Source: Nitrosopumilaceae archaeon (GTDB lineage Archaea; Thermoproteota; Nitrososphaeria; Nitrososphaerales; Nitrosopumilaceae). Taken from it: 64,000 nt of DNA. A program made the translations under genes and the position numbers. Under the pieces are notes generated by a model. The model made no database searches. It was not told the origin of the DNA and worked only from the letters and a program-made list of their open reading frames with translations. This document shows positions 11,651 to 22,850 of the stretch, piece by piece; the first letter of the stretch is position 1; the number at the start of each line of letters is the position of its first letter. The DNA lies in contig CBDCCK010000002.1 in the NCBI GenBank assembly GCA_965214835.1, positions 2,080,001 through 2,144,000 of the forward strand. The letters are read 5' to 3'.

Positions 11651-12836
11651 GGGATTGTCCAAAAAATTTCCGCAAAATGACCGCCAAGCTTATAGATCAT
11701 GGGCGCACGGCACCGAAAACGCTTTTGATCAGTCGATCCTGGATATTCCAATGAGCAACGACAGAAAGAGCACGGAATACTACCGGCCCTGCGAGCAGAA
11801 GCGCAGGCAGGAGAGCTCTCGCAAGAAGAGGGCAAGGAAGAATCTGGTAGGGATCGTGCGCAGGGTGGCCAGGAAGATGGCAGACAAGACGGGAATCGAT
11901 GCCGGCCTTGCGTGGTCTGCCATACGCATCGCGATCCTCAGGATCGAAAACGGCCTGTCCTACAGGAGGATGGTCACGCATCTGGAGACAAACCCTGACG
12001 ATCTCAGGCGGTGCGGCCTGAGATATACAAAGTCGATGCTGCACAACAGGATGAAGATGCTATGGAGTATGGGCAAGGACTTTGGACGAGGTCGTGCTGG
12101 CCATGTCAGACGGCGAGTACACAGTGGACCTGCACGGCGACTCGACGGGATTCGGCCTCCGCAAGTACAAGAGATGGAGCCACGCAAAACACGGGGAGAT
12201 GACGGGGCGCGACTTTGCAAAGCTGCGCATAGTAGGCGCAATCGGGGGCAGGATACTGTCATTCGAGGCCACGCCGGGCACGCCGGGCGACTCGCCGGAG
12301 CTTGCCCGCATGTTCGGCCGCATCCCCCGGGGCGGATGCGGCATCGCGGTGCTGGATTCTGCATACGACTCGTATGAGAACTGCAGGCTGATTGCAGAGG
12401 GCGGCCGCGTGCCCGTCATAAAGCCCACAAAGGGGAACGAAAGGCCCCGCGGGTTCAGTGCCAGGGCCAGGATGCTGCGGTGGCTGCGCGACAGGCCGGA
12501 CGAGTTCTGGCGCGCCTACCACAGGAGGAGCCATGCAGGATCCCTGTTCTCGGCAATGAAGGAAAGGACTGGATCCGTCCTGCGTTCAAGGCCGGGCGGA
12601 ACCATCACTGCAGGACTGTTCGCTCGCGTGCTGTGCTACAACCTTACGGTATAGATCATCACAAATCCCGTACTGTTGGACCGCAACACTACCGTAAGGT
12701 ATGGCCCGCATGGATATTTGCGTTGCCTTTTGTGCATGGTTGGCCGAAAATGTCCCGTTCTGCGTCTGAAACTGCCCACATCCGGGGGCAGACTGGCAGA
12801 TTATGTCAGCCTGTGGGAAGTTTTTTGGACAACCCC
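11651..12836 (+). mobile_element. IS5-type element with frameshifted transposase (11751-12654)
   Basis: TIR GGGATTGTCCAAAAAA/TTTTTGGACAACCCC; DSTGF, LDSAYD and YHRRS motifs; frame break near 12080. Confidence 0.88.
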
Positions 12837-12881
12837 CGACTATCTTTTGAATGTATAAAGAACTTCTCAGTGGTAACAAGT

Positions 12882-14385
12882 GTGATCAAGGAATTAGATA
12901 TGCGCGATTCGAACCCCTAGTGGAAGGATCCAGCAAGTATTCAAGATGATAAAAAAATCAAAGAATGTGAAGCGTCTCAAATAAAATACGATTCAAGACT
13001 TAGGCATGCAATTAGATATGATTTTGAGCTAGGCAATCCGGTGGTCTACACTTTGCGTGGGCTCACAGGTGGGCAAAACAACTCTGGTCAAATTATAGAT
13101 TAGGGATTTTTTAGAAAAAAGAACAAACCCGTGGAATATCATGTATTACTCGCTTGATTTAGCAAATGCTTCGCGAGACGTAGCCGATGTAGTTGAGATC
13201 CATTTGAAAATCAGTAGCAGGCAGAGAGGTGAAAAACGATCTTACCTGTTTTTAGATGAGGCGTCATCAGTAGCAGGCTGGCAAAAAGGCATCAAATGGT
13301 TAGTGGGTGGTGACAAGCTAAAAAAAAACTGTACTGTTCTGGTAACCGGCTCACAGGCTATCAATATTCAAAATGCAGCCGAACGACTGCCTGGCCGTAA
13401 GGGAGTCATCAATGATGCCTATGATAAAATTTTATTTCCGATGAAATTTGCAGAGTACGCATCGCTGTTAAGCAAAGATATCAAAGAGCTAATCGAAAAA
13501 AACAGCTTGTTTTCATTTAAAAACAGAGAAGCAATTTTTAGAAAACTAGTCACTAAAGAGATTGATGAAAGGCTGGACAAGATCAACGCACATCAGAATG
13601 AAACAAATGACTTGCTGATGGAGTATATGGCTACGGGAGGTATCCTAAGAGTAGTAGACGAAAAAATCAGAGCAAATACAATTCACGAAGGTACCTATAC
13701 CAACTATCTAGAAGGCATCAGAGGACAGTGGGGCGAGTTAGGCAAAAACGAAACCCTGCTAAGGCAATTTGCCGGCGCCATAATCAAAAGCCTAACCAGT
13801 CATATCTCTTGGAACGGCCTTGCCAAAGAGGCGGCGCTGGGAGGTGGAAACACCGCGCAGGAGTATGCGCATGCCTTGCATGATCTATCCGTGTTGTCCA
13901 TCATTCAGCTCTACGGGGAACAAGAAAATCCCCATGATCCAAAAAGACAGAAAGTTCTACTTTCATGACCCGTTTTTTGCACACCTTTTCAATGGGTGGA
14001 TGAGCCCGAGGGGGAACTTTGAGACCAGCCTCGAGTATCTTGAGGACGAGACAAACCAAGGCAGGATAATTGAGGGGGTTGTAGCTGATCATCTTATCCG
14101 ACTGGTCTTTTCCATGAGCAAAAAGAAGCAGACCCATGACTATGGCAGCCATGTTTTCTATTGGAAGGATGATAAGAACCGTGAAGTGGACTTTATGACG
14201 GAGGCAAGATAGAGGTTCCAATTGAGGTAAAATTCAGAAACAGGAAGTCCAAAGGAGCTGGCACCTGTGACTAGTTTTCTTGACAAGACGGGCAGCAAAA
14301 AGGGGTTGGTTGTCTCAAAGGATGCCTTGGATGCAAGGACAGACTATGCTGTGGTTCCGGCCTCGGTATTCTTGCTGCTGATCTG
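12882..14385 (+). pseudogene. AAA_14/DUF4143-type ATP-binding protein
   Basis: Broken Walker A (TLRG/QVGKTT), LFLDE, VTGS, TGG, KFYFHDP, EVDF, IEVK; several stops and frameshifts. Confidence 0.85.
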
Positions 14386-14657
14386 AGGGCTTTATGATGG
14401 CCCCTGAGGAGCCAGCAGGACTTGTATGATCGACCTGCCAAAAGGGGAAAGGGACGTGACATTACATCATCTGGATTGCAGCGCAGCTCCGACTACATGA
14501 CTCAACTTGCACACCTCTCTGAACCCCCGCTCCCCTTGCACGCCTGGTACGGATAGCACCCCGCGGCTTTCAGGAATTCCGATGAGCCATGGCGACGATT
14601 AAAAGTTCTTGAACACACATGGGAATGAACTGCGCGGGAGGGCTCGATGAAAGGCCT

Positions 14658-16424
14658 TCAATCGCCACTATGGTGGGTATCATAGCTCCCGTCTCGCTCT
14701 ACCGAGAATATCCTGAGATCCCGACTCTCTGATATCTGAAAGTCGCGCATGCCGGCAAACCTGAACCCGCCTATCCCCCTTGACTTTTCAAACATGCTCT
14801 CCCCGACGACTATTCCGTTTGGCTCGGCATACGAGTTGATCTTTGCGCACAGGTTGACAGTAGAGCCAAACACGTCGTTGACATCGGAGGTCGAGACGCT
14901 TGCAACGCTGACGGGGCCAAACGTCACGCTGATCCTATAGTCTATCCTAGGCAGGCCTTTGGACTCTAGTTTGAGGCACAGCTCGTCGTGGTGATCAACT
15001 AGCGCATGGCAGCACTCTAGGACGTTTCTGAATTCCCCCTCCCGGCCTGCATCTCCGATCCTAAAGTAAAACAGCAGCGCATCCCCTATGTTCTTTACAA
15101 CTATGCCGTCGTATTTTCTGATTATTGCGGCCATCGAGTTGATAAACCCGCTGTACAGGCTCGTGGTTTCTGAGTCCGAGAGGCCTGCGCAAATCTTTGT
15201 CGACTCGTTTATGTCAATAAAGCAGACGCAGGCCTCCTCCGTCCTGTCTGAGAACTGCAGCAGTATGTCCTCCTGCTGCTTTATGATCTCCTTTTGTTGG
15301 TTTAGCGCCACCTCGGACTCTAGGAGCCTCCTTGCCATCGTGTCAAAGGAGCGTGACAGCTCCCCTATCTCGTCACTGGTCTGAATTCCCGTCTTTACGT
15401 CAAAGTTGCCCCCTGCTATCTCGTGCGCGGCATCAGTCAGCCTCCTTATCGGCCTTGACAGCCTCCTTGAGAGCCCGTATGCTGCCCCACTGATGACTAT
15501 CATGATGACTGCGCTTACCGTGATGATCTTGCCCTGCAGCTCAAAGAGCGGCTGCAGTACCTCATCTTCGTCTATCTCTGTGAGGATCACATAGCCGTAT
15601 CCGTCCTGGCAGTATGATATTCCGAAGATCTTCTCCCCCCTATAGTCCTCGTACACCTCCCCGCCGATCATCTGGGCCTCATCAAGGCAGGCCGCAACCG
15701 GCACCGTGTCTACCACTTGGTTGAACTCTGCGTCCTCGACGAAGATTGACTTTGATATCATGACTCTGTCATGGTTTACAATGTAGACCTCACCGGTATC
15801 CTTCAGGCCCTCCCTGTCCTCTAAAATGCGGTCGATGTTCCTCGTATCCATCACCGCAGCTATCGTGCCTATGACCTCGCTGCCATCCCTTATGGGCATT
15901 GCAATGACTAGCATCCTGTCGTTTTCTGAGCTTTGCACAAACCTCATGAGCTGGCCGCCGGCCAGCCCAAGCAGCTCAGTTTTGGGCGGAAACTCCGAGC
16001 CGCCCTCTAGCGTAAAGTACTCCTCATGGCCGTCCCCTAGCAGCACGACGTCGGCCAGCTCGATCTGGCGGCCCTCCCCGATCTGGAAGTTTCTAATTGC
16101 CACGGAGATCGGGATGCCCTTCTCTGCGATCCTTGAGTGCAGTACCAGGCCTTCGGGGTATCCATTGAGCTCCGAGACTGTGTTTTTTATGAAATCCTCC
16201 GACGACAGGGCGGCTATCTCGTTGATCCTGCCATCCAGGAGAATCTTGATTGCGTTTCCCCTGCTGGTCGACTCCTCGACCAGCTGCGCCTTGATCTTCT
16301 CCTTTAGTATCCCGTCAACCAGGCTCAGTGACAGCGCGGCAGTTGCAGTGATGGCAATCAGCGACACTGCAAGCACCAGGAGAATCAGCTTTTTATCCAG
16401 GCTGAACGAGACCATTCCCCTCAT
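14658..16424 (-). CDS. membrane sensor class III nucleotidyl cyclase (TM-Cache-TM-HAMP-cyclase)
   Basis: Two TM segments, HAMP DEIGELSRSFDTM, cyclase motifs FIDI..ST, KNIGDA, DVFGSTVN. Confidence 0.9.
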   Translation of the reverse strand: MRGMVSFSLDKKLILLVLAVSLIAITATAALSLSLVDGILKEKIKAQLVEESTSRGNAIKILLDGRINEIAALSSEDFIKNTVSELNGYPEGLVLHSRIAEKGIPISVAIRNFQIGEGRQIELADVVLLGDGHEEYFTLEGGSEFPPKTELLGLAGGQLMRFVQSSENDRMLVIAMPIRDGSEVIGTIAAVMDTRNIDRILEDREGLKDTGEVYIVNHDRVMISKSIFVEDAEFNQVVDTVPVAACLDEAQMIGGEVYEDYRGEKIFGISYCQDGYGYVILTEIDEDEVLQPLFELQGKIITVSAVIMIVISGAAYGLSRRLSRPIRRLTDAAHEIAGGNFDVKTGIQTSDEIGELSRSFDTMARRLLESEVALNQQKEIIKQQEDILLQFSDRTEEACVCFIDINESTKICAGLSDSETTSLYSGFINSMAAIIRKYDGIVVKNIGDALLFYFRIGDAGREGEFRNVLECCHALVDHHDELCLKLESKGLPRIDYRISVTFGPVSVASVSTSDVNDVFGSTVNLCAKINSYAEPNGIVVGESMFEKSRGIGGFRFAGMRDFQISESRDLRIFSVERDGSYDTHHSGD

Positions 16425-16469
16425 GCTTCATCAGGCTATCTTGGTGGCTAAATCCTCTTCGGTGGATTG

Positions 16470-16685
16470 GGGGTTGCCCAAAAAATTTCCGCAAAACGAC
16501 CGCCGGGTTTATGGATCATGAGCGCACGGCACCGAAAACGCTTTTGATCAGCCGATCCCGGATATCCTAATGAGCAACAACAGGAAGAACACGGACTATT
16601 GCCGCCTCTATGAGCAAAGGCGCAGGCAGGAGAGCTCCCGCAAGAAGAGGACAGTGAAGAATCCGGGAAAGATCGTACGCAGGGG
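16470..16685 (+). mobile_element. IS5-type left-end remnant
   Basis: Degenerate copy of the 11651 left end. Confidence 0.8.
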
Positions 16686-16802
16686 TAACAGGTTAGCCCC
16701 TGCCTAGGCAGCAATCAGGCACGAGCCTGCCTACAGTTGTGATTTTCATGCCTGACAGGTAAGGGACGTGACTCCAATTCTAGGCAGGGGCTAACCTGTC
16801 AC
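16686..16802. mobile_element. IS66-like MITE with a nested family-A fragment
   Basis: 23-bp TIR GTAACAGGTTAGCCCCTGCCTAG/CTAGGCAGGGGCTAACCTGTCAC; the interior matches family A. Confidence 0.75.
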
Positions 16803-16964
16803 TGTAGGGGTATTTTCGAGCGCCATAAATCTGAAAAAAAACGCTATGATGTAGGAACAAAGAGATGCACTGAATGCGACATCTACCTCTTATTTGATGG
16901 AACAATGTGCCCTTGCTGTGGCACTCAATTAAGAGCTAAAAGAAAAAGCAAACTCCCAAAATAA
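16803..16964 (+). pseudogene. small zinc-ribbon protein lacking its start
   Basis: CRGI...RY..G.KRCTECDI...CPCCG.QLR; the 5' end is replaced by the MITE. Confidence 0.65.
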
Positions 16965-16972
16965 TCTTGTTT

Positions 16973-17071
16973 GATCATTGGAAAACTGGATGGTAACAAA
17001 ACTCCAATAGCAATACTGCCTGGTCGGCAATGAACGGAGAACTATTGCAATTTCCAATTTTTCCAATGACC
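16973..17071. mobile_element. probable 99-bp MITE
   Basis: Imperfect TIR GATCATTGGAAAACTGGA/TCCAATTTTTCCAATGACC; no clear TSD. Confidence 0.5.
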
Positions 17072-17418
17072 TTTGACCAAGCTGGCCCGTAAAGATGTCA
17101 GATCACAGCACGGCCAAATCACTTTTAATTTTTAAATTAATTATAGGTATATATGGTTACTTTTTGTTGTTCTATGCCTGTGTACTTTTGTGATCTGAAA
17201 CCCTGTCATGTTTTATAATGGTGAAATAAGAAAGTAAACCGAACACCATCTTTAACTAATTTTCCACCTGATTACTGGTGGACATGAGTCAGTCTGATGT
17301 TAAATCCTGGGTGATTGTAAGCAGCATAAAGGAAGATACCGATCCTCAGGACCTGCAAAGGATATCTCCACAGGTTTCTGCACTGGTGGATGAGTGGCAT
17401 GCAAACGGAAAAATCATG

Positions 17419-19136
17419 AGACCTTATGCGTAAACGAAATTAGCGGCGATGCCCCCGGCGCACGGGCTACAAATGAGGCAAGTCAGGGCCGGCGCACGCG
17501 CGACTGTACCTTACAACGTTGAAAATATTTGATCAAAACCACAACTATTTTCAGACGATTGATTTAGATCCGGGATCCATTCTCGCATAAGAGTAATGGC
17601 AAAGTCCGAGACCGAGCAGATACGACTGCTGAAGAAGAGAATCGAGCAGTACGAGAAGGAGAAGGTACAGGACAGGAAGGAGAAGGCGCGGGACAAAAAG
17701 AAGATCAAGAAGTATGAGAAGAGGATCAAGAGGCACGAGAAGAAGAGCAGGCAGGACAGGAAGGAGAAGGCGCGGGACAGGACGGAGAGGATGCAGTACA
17801 GGAAGGAGATCAGAGAGTACGAGAAGAAGAGCAGGCAGGACGGCAGGAGGCAGGAGCGGGATCAGGAGAGGATAGGGCAGCTGGAACAGCAGCTGGACGC
17901 CGAGCGCCGGATGTGGCCCGCAACCTGGGATGACGACAGGCGCTCCGCGGACAACGCCGCCCTCATGCACAGGCTCGAGGTGCTCGATGACATAATCGGT
18001 GGCGGGTCCCTGCAGCCCACCACGTCGATGAACCTCCGCCAGTTTGACTACATATATGACCGGTTTACGAAGCTTGCCAAAAAGCACACAGAAGGCCCCC
18101 TGTTCTCAGAAGACGAGGACAACTTGCCCGGAAACCGGTGCAAGCTGTCCTACCGCCACGCCCTGCTGATGTCGCTGATGCGCAAGTACGGAAACCCGAC
18201 ACAGGAGCAGCTTGCGGCATTCTTTGGCATAGACCAGAGCACCGTATGCAGGTACCTCAGGTATTGCGACATGATATTTCTCAAGATACTGCCCACGCCG
18301 GACGCCGTATCGCGAAAGATACGAAACGCCCGCACGATCAAGGAAGTCAAGAAGATCGTCCCGGATCTGACCGTGATTGTAGACGGCACGCACATCGACA
18401 TACAGCGCCCCATAGACAAGGAGCCAAGAAAGGAGGCATACTCTGGCAAGAAGAAGAGCTTTACGCGCAACACCCAGGTGATTGCCGACAAGAAGGGACT
18501 GGCGATGTATGCAAGCAAGTCGGCGCCCGGAAGCACGCACGACCTCACCATGATAAAGAACAACCCACCGGATCTGGGAATCCTGACTGCCAGGATGCGC
18601 AGCAACAGAAAGCACCCCGAGGACGAGAAGGTAAAGATGTTCTCTGATCTGGGATACATGGGAATCGAGGAGGTGTATCCCGGGGCCACATCCGTGCAGC
18701 CCGACAAGAAGCCAAGGAAAGGCAAGCTTACAAAGAAACAGAAAGCGCAGAACAGGAGGATAAGCAGCAAGAGGGTGACAGTAGAGCACGCCATAGGACG
18801 GATAAAGCAGTACAAGCGGATGCGTGATCCGTACGACGGGACCGCCGAGGAGTTCGACAGGGAGTTCCAGGTGACGGCCGGGCTTGCCAACTTTAGGCTG
18901 CTGTGGGACAAGCGGAACAAGAAGCTCATGCATGGGTTCTGATACCACGATACGGAGCGCATTGCGGCGCCACACGATGCCGCACTATACTGTAGTTTTT
19001 ACCAGCTGTAATGGCTCGTAGCTGCACTATATACGGACTCTGCCGCCCTCATACACGTCATGTGATGCCGTCAGCCTTGCATGTATGGCCGGCCACCGTC
19101 GGAATATTTCGATCCGGTCGATTACGCATAAGGTCT
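17419..19136 (+). mobile_element. IS5-family ISL2-like element
   Basis: TIR AGACCTTATGCGTAA/TTACGCATAAGGTCT; 3-bp TSD ATG. Confidence 0.95.
17596..18942 (+). CDS. transposase (HTH plus DDE_Tnp_4-like) with charged N-terminal repeats
   Basis: VDGTH...RP, YSGKKK, HD, DLGY, RVTVEHAIGRIK. Confidence 0.92.
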   Translation: MAKSETEQIRLLKKRIEQYEKEKVQDRKEKARDKKKIKKYEKRIKRHEKKSRQDRKEKARDRTERMQYRKEIREYEKKSRQDGRRQERDQERIGQLEQQLDAERRMWPATWDDDRRSADNAALMHRLEVLDDIIGGGSLQPTTSMNLRQFDYIYDRFTKLAKKHTEGPLFSEDEDNLPGNRCKLSYRHALLMSLMRKYGNPTQEQLAAFFGIDQSTVCRYLRYCDMIFLKILPTPDAVSRKIRNARTIKEVKKIVPDLTVIVDGTHIDIQRPIDKEPRKEAYSGKKKSFTRNTQVIADKKGLAMYASKSAPGSTHDLTMIKNNPPDLGILTARMRSNRKHPEDEKVKMFSDLGYMGIEEVYPGATSVQPDKKPRKGKLTKKQKAQNRRISSKRVTVEHAIGRIKQYKRMRDPYDGTAEEFDREFQVTAGLANFRLLWDKRNKKLMHGF

Positions 19137-19338
19137 ATGCTTTCTGGACCTTTTGACAACGCATCGTCTTCTATGGCCGTTTTTGATGCTACAGAAGAAG
19201 AAGCTAGGGCATTTTATAAAAAATATGAGGATATCTGCTCTGGAATCTTGACCTATGAATTGTATCAATGGGACGCAATGCCAATTCTGTCAGTCTTATC
19301 CAAATGACTGGCTAACCCCTATTATTTTTGAGATCGAA

Positions 19339-19485
19339 TTGAAAAGCGAACTATGCAGAATATGTGGATGTGAAATTAAAGAATACTCAAAGTGCAGCCA
19401 ATGCAAACTAGTTATTTCTACCATCTGCAAATGTTGTAATGCAATTGAAGAGATTCAAACCCACACTCATTCCTCAATTGCCTGA
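19339..19485 (+). CDS. small zinc-ribbon protein
   Basis: CRICG...CSQC...CKCC...HTH; probable TTG start. Confidence 0.55.
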   Translation: MKSELCRICGCEIKEYSKCSQCKLVISTICKCCNAIEEIQTHTHSSIA

Positions 19486-19534
19486 CAAAATTTTAGAAAA
19501 TAAGAGAATTGAAAACCAGGTTGACTCATGCCAA

Positions 19535-20130
19535 TATAGCAACGGCCACAAGTAATTGAGGGCCTTGACCGGCGATCTGTAAGTGTACGTGTACATGCAA
19601 AGGCGGGCAAGCGACACCGTCCTGTAATATTCGGATATGGCATGCCGCAGCTTGCTGACCTTTCTGTACACTACCCCCCTGAAAACGGCATGCTTGCCCA
19701 AGTTCCAGCATTCTTCCACGACATTGAGGTACGGCGATCCCTTTGGGATCATTGTCAGCCTGACATCGGGATGGCCCGCCAGATATTCTGCGACGGCAGC
19801 AGATCTGTGCACGCTCCACCTGTCGCAAAAGACTGCAACCCTGCCAGACTTCGCGCAGCGCCTCCAGACATTGTATGAACTGCATCGACGTAGACGATCC
19901 CGTAAACGTCATGAACAGCCTTCTGCCGTCTTCTGCGATGCTTCCAAACACGGCCACCTTTGTGTGGTCCCCCGAATACGATGCCACGCTTCTGGTGCCG
20001 ACCGGCCCATACGCATCTGTCGTATGAGCCCTGATCTTTTTGTAGGCTTTGACATCCTTTTCTTTGCGCATGGCCCCTGATAGGCTGTCTGTTTCTTTTT
20101 CCATGCCTACTGCGCCGGTTATGTGATCAT
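19535..20130 (-). mobile_element. IS630-family remnant
   Basis: VFGSI..DG, H.S, PKGSPYLNVVEECW; frameshifted; terminus ...GTTGCTATA. Confidence 0.8.
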
Positions 20131-20871
20131 CATACCTTTCGAATGAACCCTGTTTTGACTCAAAGACTTCTGCTCGTTGCCACATCTGTGTTCAAACTGC
20201 ATTGAACAAAACAAAGAGAAATTACAGATGCGCCCAGTAACCGTTTCGACAATTTTTTAGAAAAATTTGAACAAATGGAAGTAGGGACATTTTCAACTTT
20301 TGTTTCATAACATGAGAAAAAGACACAGGATTAAGTATGCCAGTCTGACTACTTTTGATGATGACTAGAAATCTAACCGTATTCATGACAGCAGTCTTGA
20401 TGGTTGGGATTGCAGGACTGTCTGGAAATCTAATTCCGGAAGCTGAAGCCGTTAAAGCCAAAGGCGTACCGTCATCCGGTACTGGTTCTGCCTCTCAAAT
20501 CTGCGGACTTGCTATGTGCTCTGAATATCCGGGCGGAAAAGAAGCATATCAGGCAAACTGGTTTAAAGCATACTTGAAAGCCCCAAGCGTCTCAGTTGGT
20601 TCTACTCCGATGCATTCTGATGATCACTCTGACCATAAGGCAGGAAAAATCGTACCGACTGCACGTACTGCAGACTCTGAGTATCCGGCACAACTAGATG
20701 TTTTTATCCACAAGTTCGAGTTGGACAAGATCTCGGCTGAAGAAGCTCTAGATGGAATCAAAGAGGTGCATGGTGCATATGTTGGTGTAGGAATCTCAAA
20801 TGACATCATCGACGATGTGGGTGATAAGCTAAGTCTCTACGACAGGGGAACTCTCAGCGTTGAGGATACAA

Positions 20872-21382
20872 TCGAGGCAGTTCACCTGTCGGCCGAGCCG
20901 CAAAACGTAAACCCCGAGTACCAGGGCGCATTGGACGAGGTAATACACAAGTTCGAACTGGACAAGATCTCGGCTGACGAGGCCATTGACGGCATCAGGG
21001 AGGTGCATGACGGCTTTGTTGGGCTGTACATCACGTCTGATCTGATTGAGGCAGTTGACGTAATCATCGGCCACATCGACTCCGGCAGACTGTCCGGAGG
21101 TGATGCAGTCGAGGCAGTTCACCTGTCGGCCGAGCCGCAAAACGTAAACCCCGAGTACCAGGGCGCATTGGACGAGGTAATACACAAGTTCGAACTGGAC
21201 AAGATCTCGGCTGACGAGGCCATTGACGGCATCAGGGAGGTGCATGACGGCTTTGTTGGGCTGTACATCACGTCTGATCTGATTGAGGCAGTTGACGTAA
21301 TCATCGGCCACATCGACTCCGGCAGACTGTCCGGAGGTGATGCAGTCGAGGCAGTTCACCTGTCGGCCGAGCCGCAAAACGT
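20872..21382 (+). repeat. exact 237-bp tandem repeat (~2.15 copies)
   Basis: Identical units start at 20872, 21109 and 21346. Confidence 0.95.
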
Positions 21383-21482
21383 TGATCCAGAGTTTATTGG
21401 AGCAATAGATGAACACCTGCACAAGTTTGAATTAGATAAAATGTCATCTGAAGATGCCATGGCAGGTGTCATTGAAGTACAT

Positions 21483-22850
21483 CAGTAGTTGAAAATGTAC
21501 CCCATAAATCCGTCTAGCCGGGATCATGCCGCCGTCGCCCCACCCCGATCCTGTCGGCATCCGGCGCACGGAGGCAGCACGAATACAGGACCACGGCATA
21601 CATCAGAGTCAGCAGCGCCATGACGCGGGTCTTTGGGTCTCCCGAGTCCCTCATTGTCAGCCATATGTTGCATACTGCAAGCGACATGTAAAACAAAAGC
21701 ACACGCAGGACAGGATTCCTGCTGACGGTCCGCGGCCTGACGCTCTTGGCACAGCGGTATCCGGTCTCTATGCCCCACCTGTTCCGGTACTCTCTTGTCA
21801 CATGGCAGAACAGCTGCCGATAGCTGCAGCAGCGCACCGTGGTCGCAAACACGTGGTATCTGTCAAAGACGTTCTTTGCCTTGGACCTTGGGATCTTCTT
21901 GATGACCAGCGTGAACGTGAACTCTTTGCCGTCTGACGACCTCATGGTATACCTTGATACTGCCTTTCTCTTGCCGCGGGCGCGCTGCACTATGGCCCTC
22001 TTTATCCCCGGTGTCTTGACTGCGGGCATGATGAATGCAAACCCGGGTTCGGATATGGCATCCATTACATCGACCGAAAAGAACCCCCTGTCAAGCAGGA
22101 TGACGCTGCGCCTTGACCCAAGCCTGGGCGTAATGCCCAGATCGGCGCATTTTTTGAGCATATTACGCACCAGATCGGCCTGTTTGTCGCCCTCGGTCAC
22201 CATGCGGCAGGCCGTATGCACGTCGGCGCCGGCCTTGGATGTCAGCTTGCATGTCATGTACTGCTCATAGTTGATGGTGCCCCTGTCGCGCTTTGACTTT
22301 ACCAGGTGCTTTATGTCGGTTTTCTTGTCGTATCTGGGCAGCTTGGTCTCGTCTATGGCAAGGACAGGCGCCTTGTGGCTCCTTTGGAGGGAGCAAAGCT
22401 GCCTGCCCACCGCCTCGGCGGCCGTGTAATGCAGCATTGCATCGCACCTTTTCTCCATCGTGGACAGTCTTGCGTGCCCCAGCTTTGCAAGAAGCCAGGC
22501 CGAGCTGGGCACCGCGGCCCCGGCGCCTTCTGATGCAAGAAGTGCAAGCTTTTGGGCGGTATAGTGCGCACATGCGGAACGCTCCGACATGGATGCAATC
22601 AGGCGGGAGGCGTCTTCCAGGCCCCACATGGCGTTGTGTCTTGAGGAGAACTTGATTTTCAGCATGCCTACTGCGGTAACCAAGAATTTAAATCCGGCCT
22701 CACCGTACCTTGTGTGGTGTTTCTGTTGGGTTTGGTTCATTATCAAGGTAGACAGGAACACCGCTGTTTATAGCTCGATTGGTGAAAAAATCATGTCAAC
22801 TTGTTCAAAACATTCAGACACTTAAAAAGGGGGTACATTTTCAACTACTG
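21483..22850 (-). mobile_element. ISH3-family IS (transposase 21514-22761)
   Basis: TIR CAGTAGTTGAAAATGTACCCC; 5-bp TSD TACAT; AIDET, LLDRGF, YRNRWGIETGYR. Confidence 0.95.

Larger units (their letters stand above)
17284..19307 (+). pseudogene. ~100-aa YCII-like protein split by an IS
   Basis: MSQSD...HANGKIM joins in frame to LSGPFD...SMAVF...LSK after removing the IS and one ATG TSD. Confidence 0.8.

Noticed and set aside
12895-12925. ATTCGAACCC resembling a tRNA T-arm
   Set aside because: No cloverleaf; it lies in the 5' part of the AAA pseudogene
18106-18975. Two long antisense ORFs over the transposase
   Set aside because: Shadow frames of a GC-rich gene with no motifs; the same applies to most short overlapping ORFs in the track
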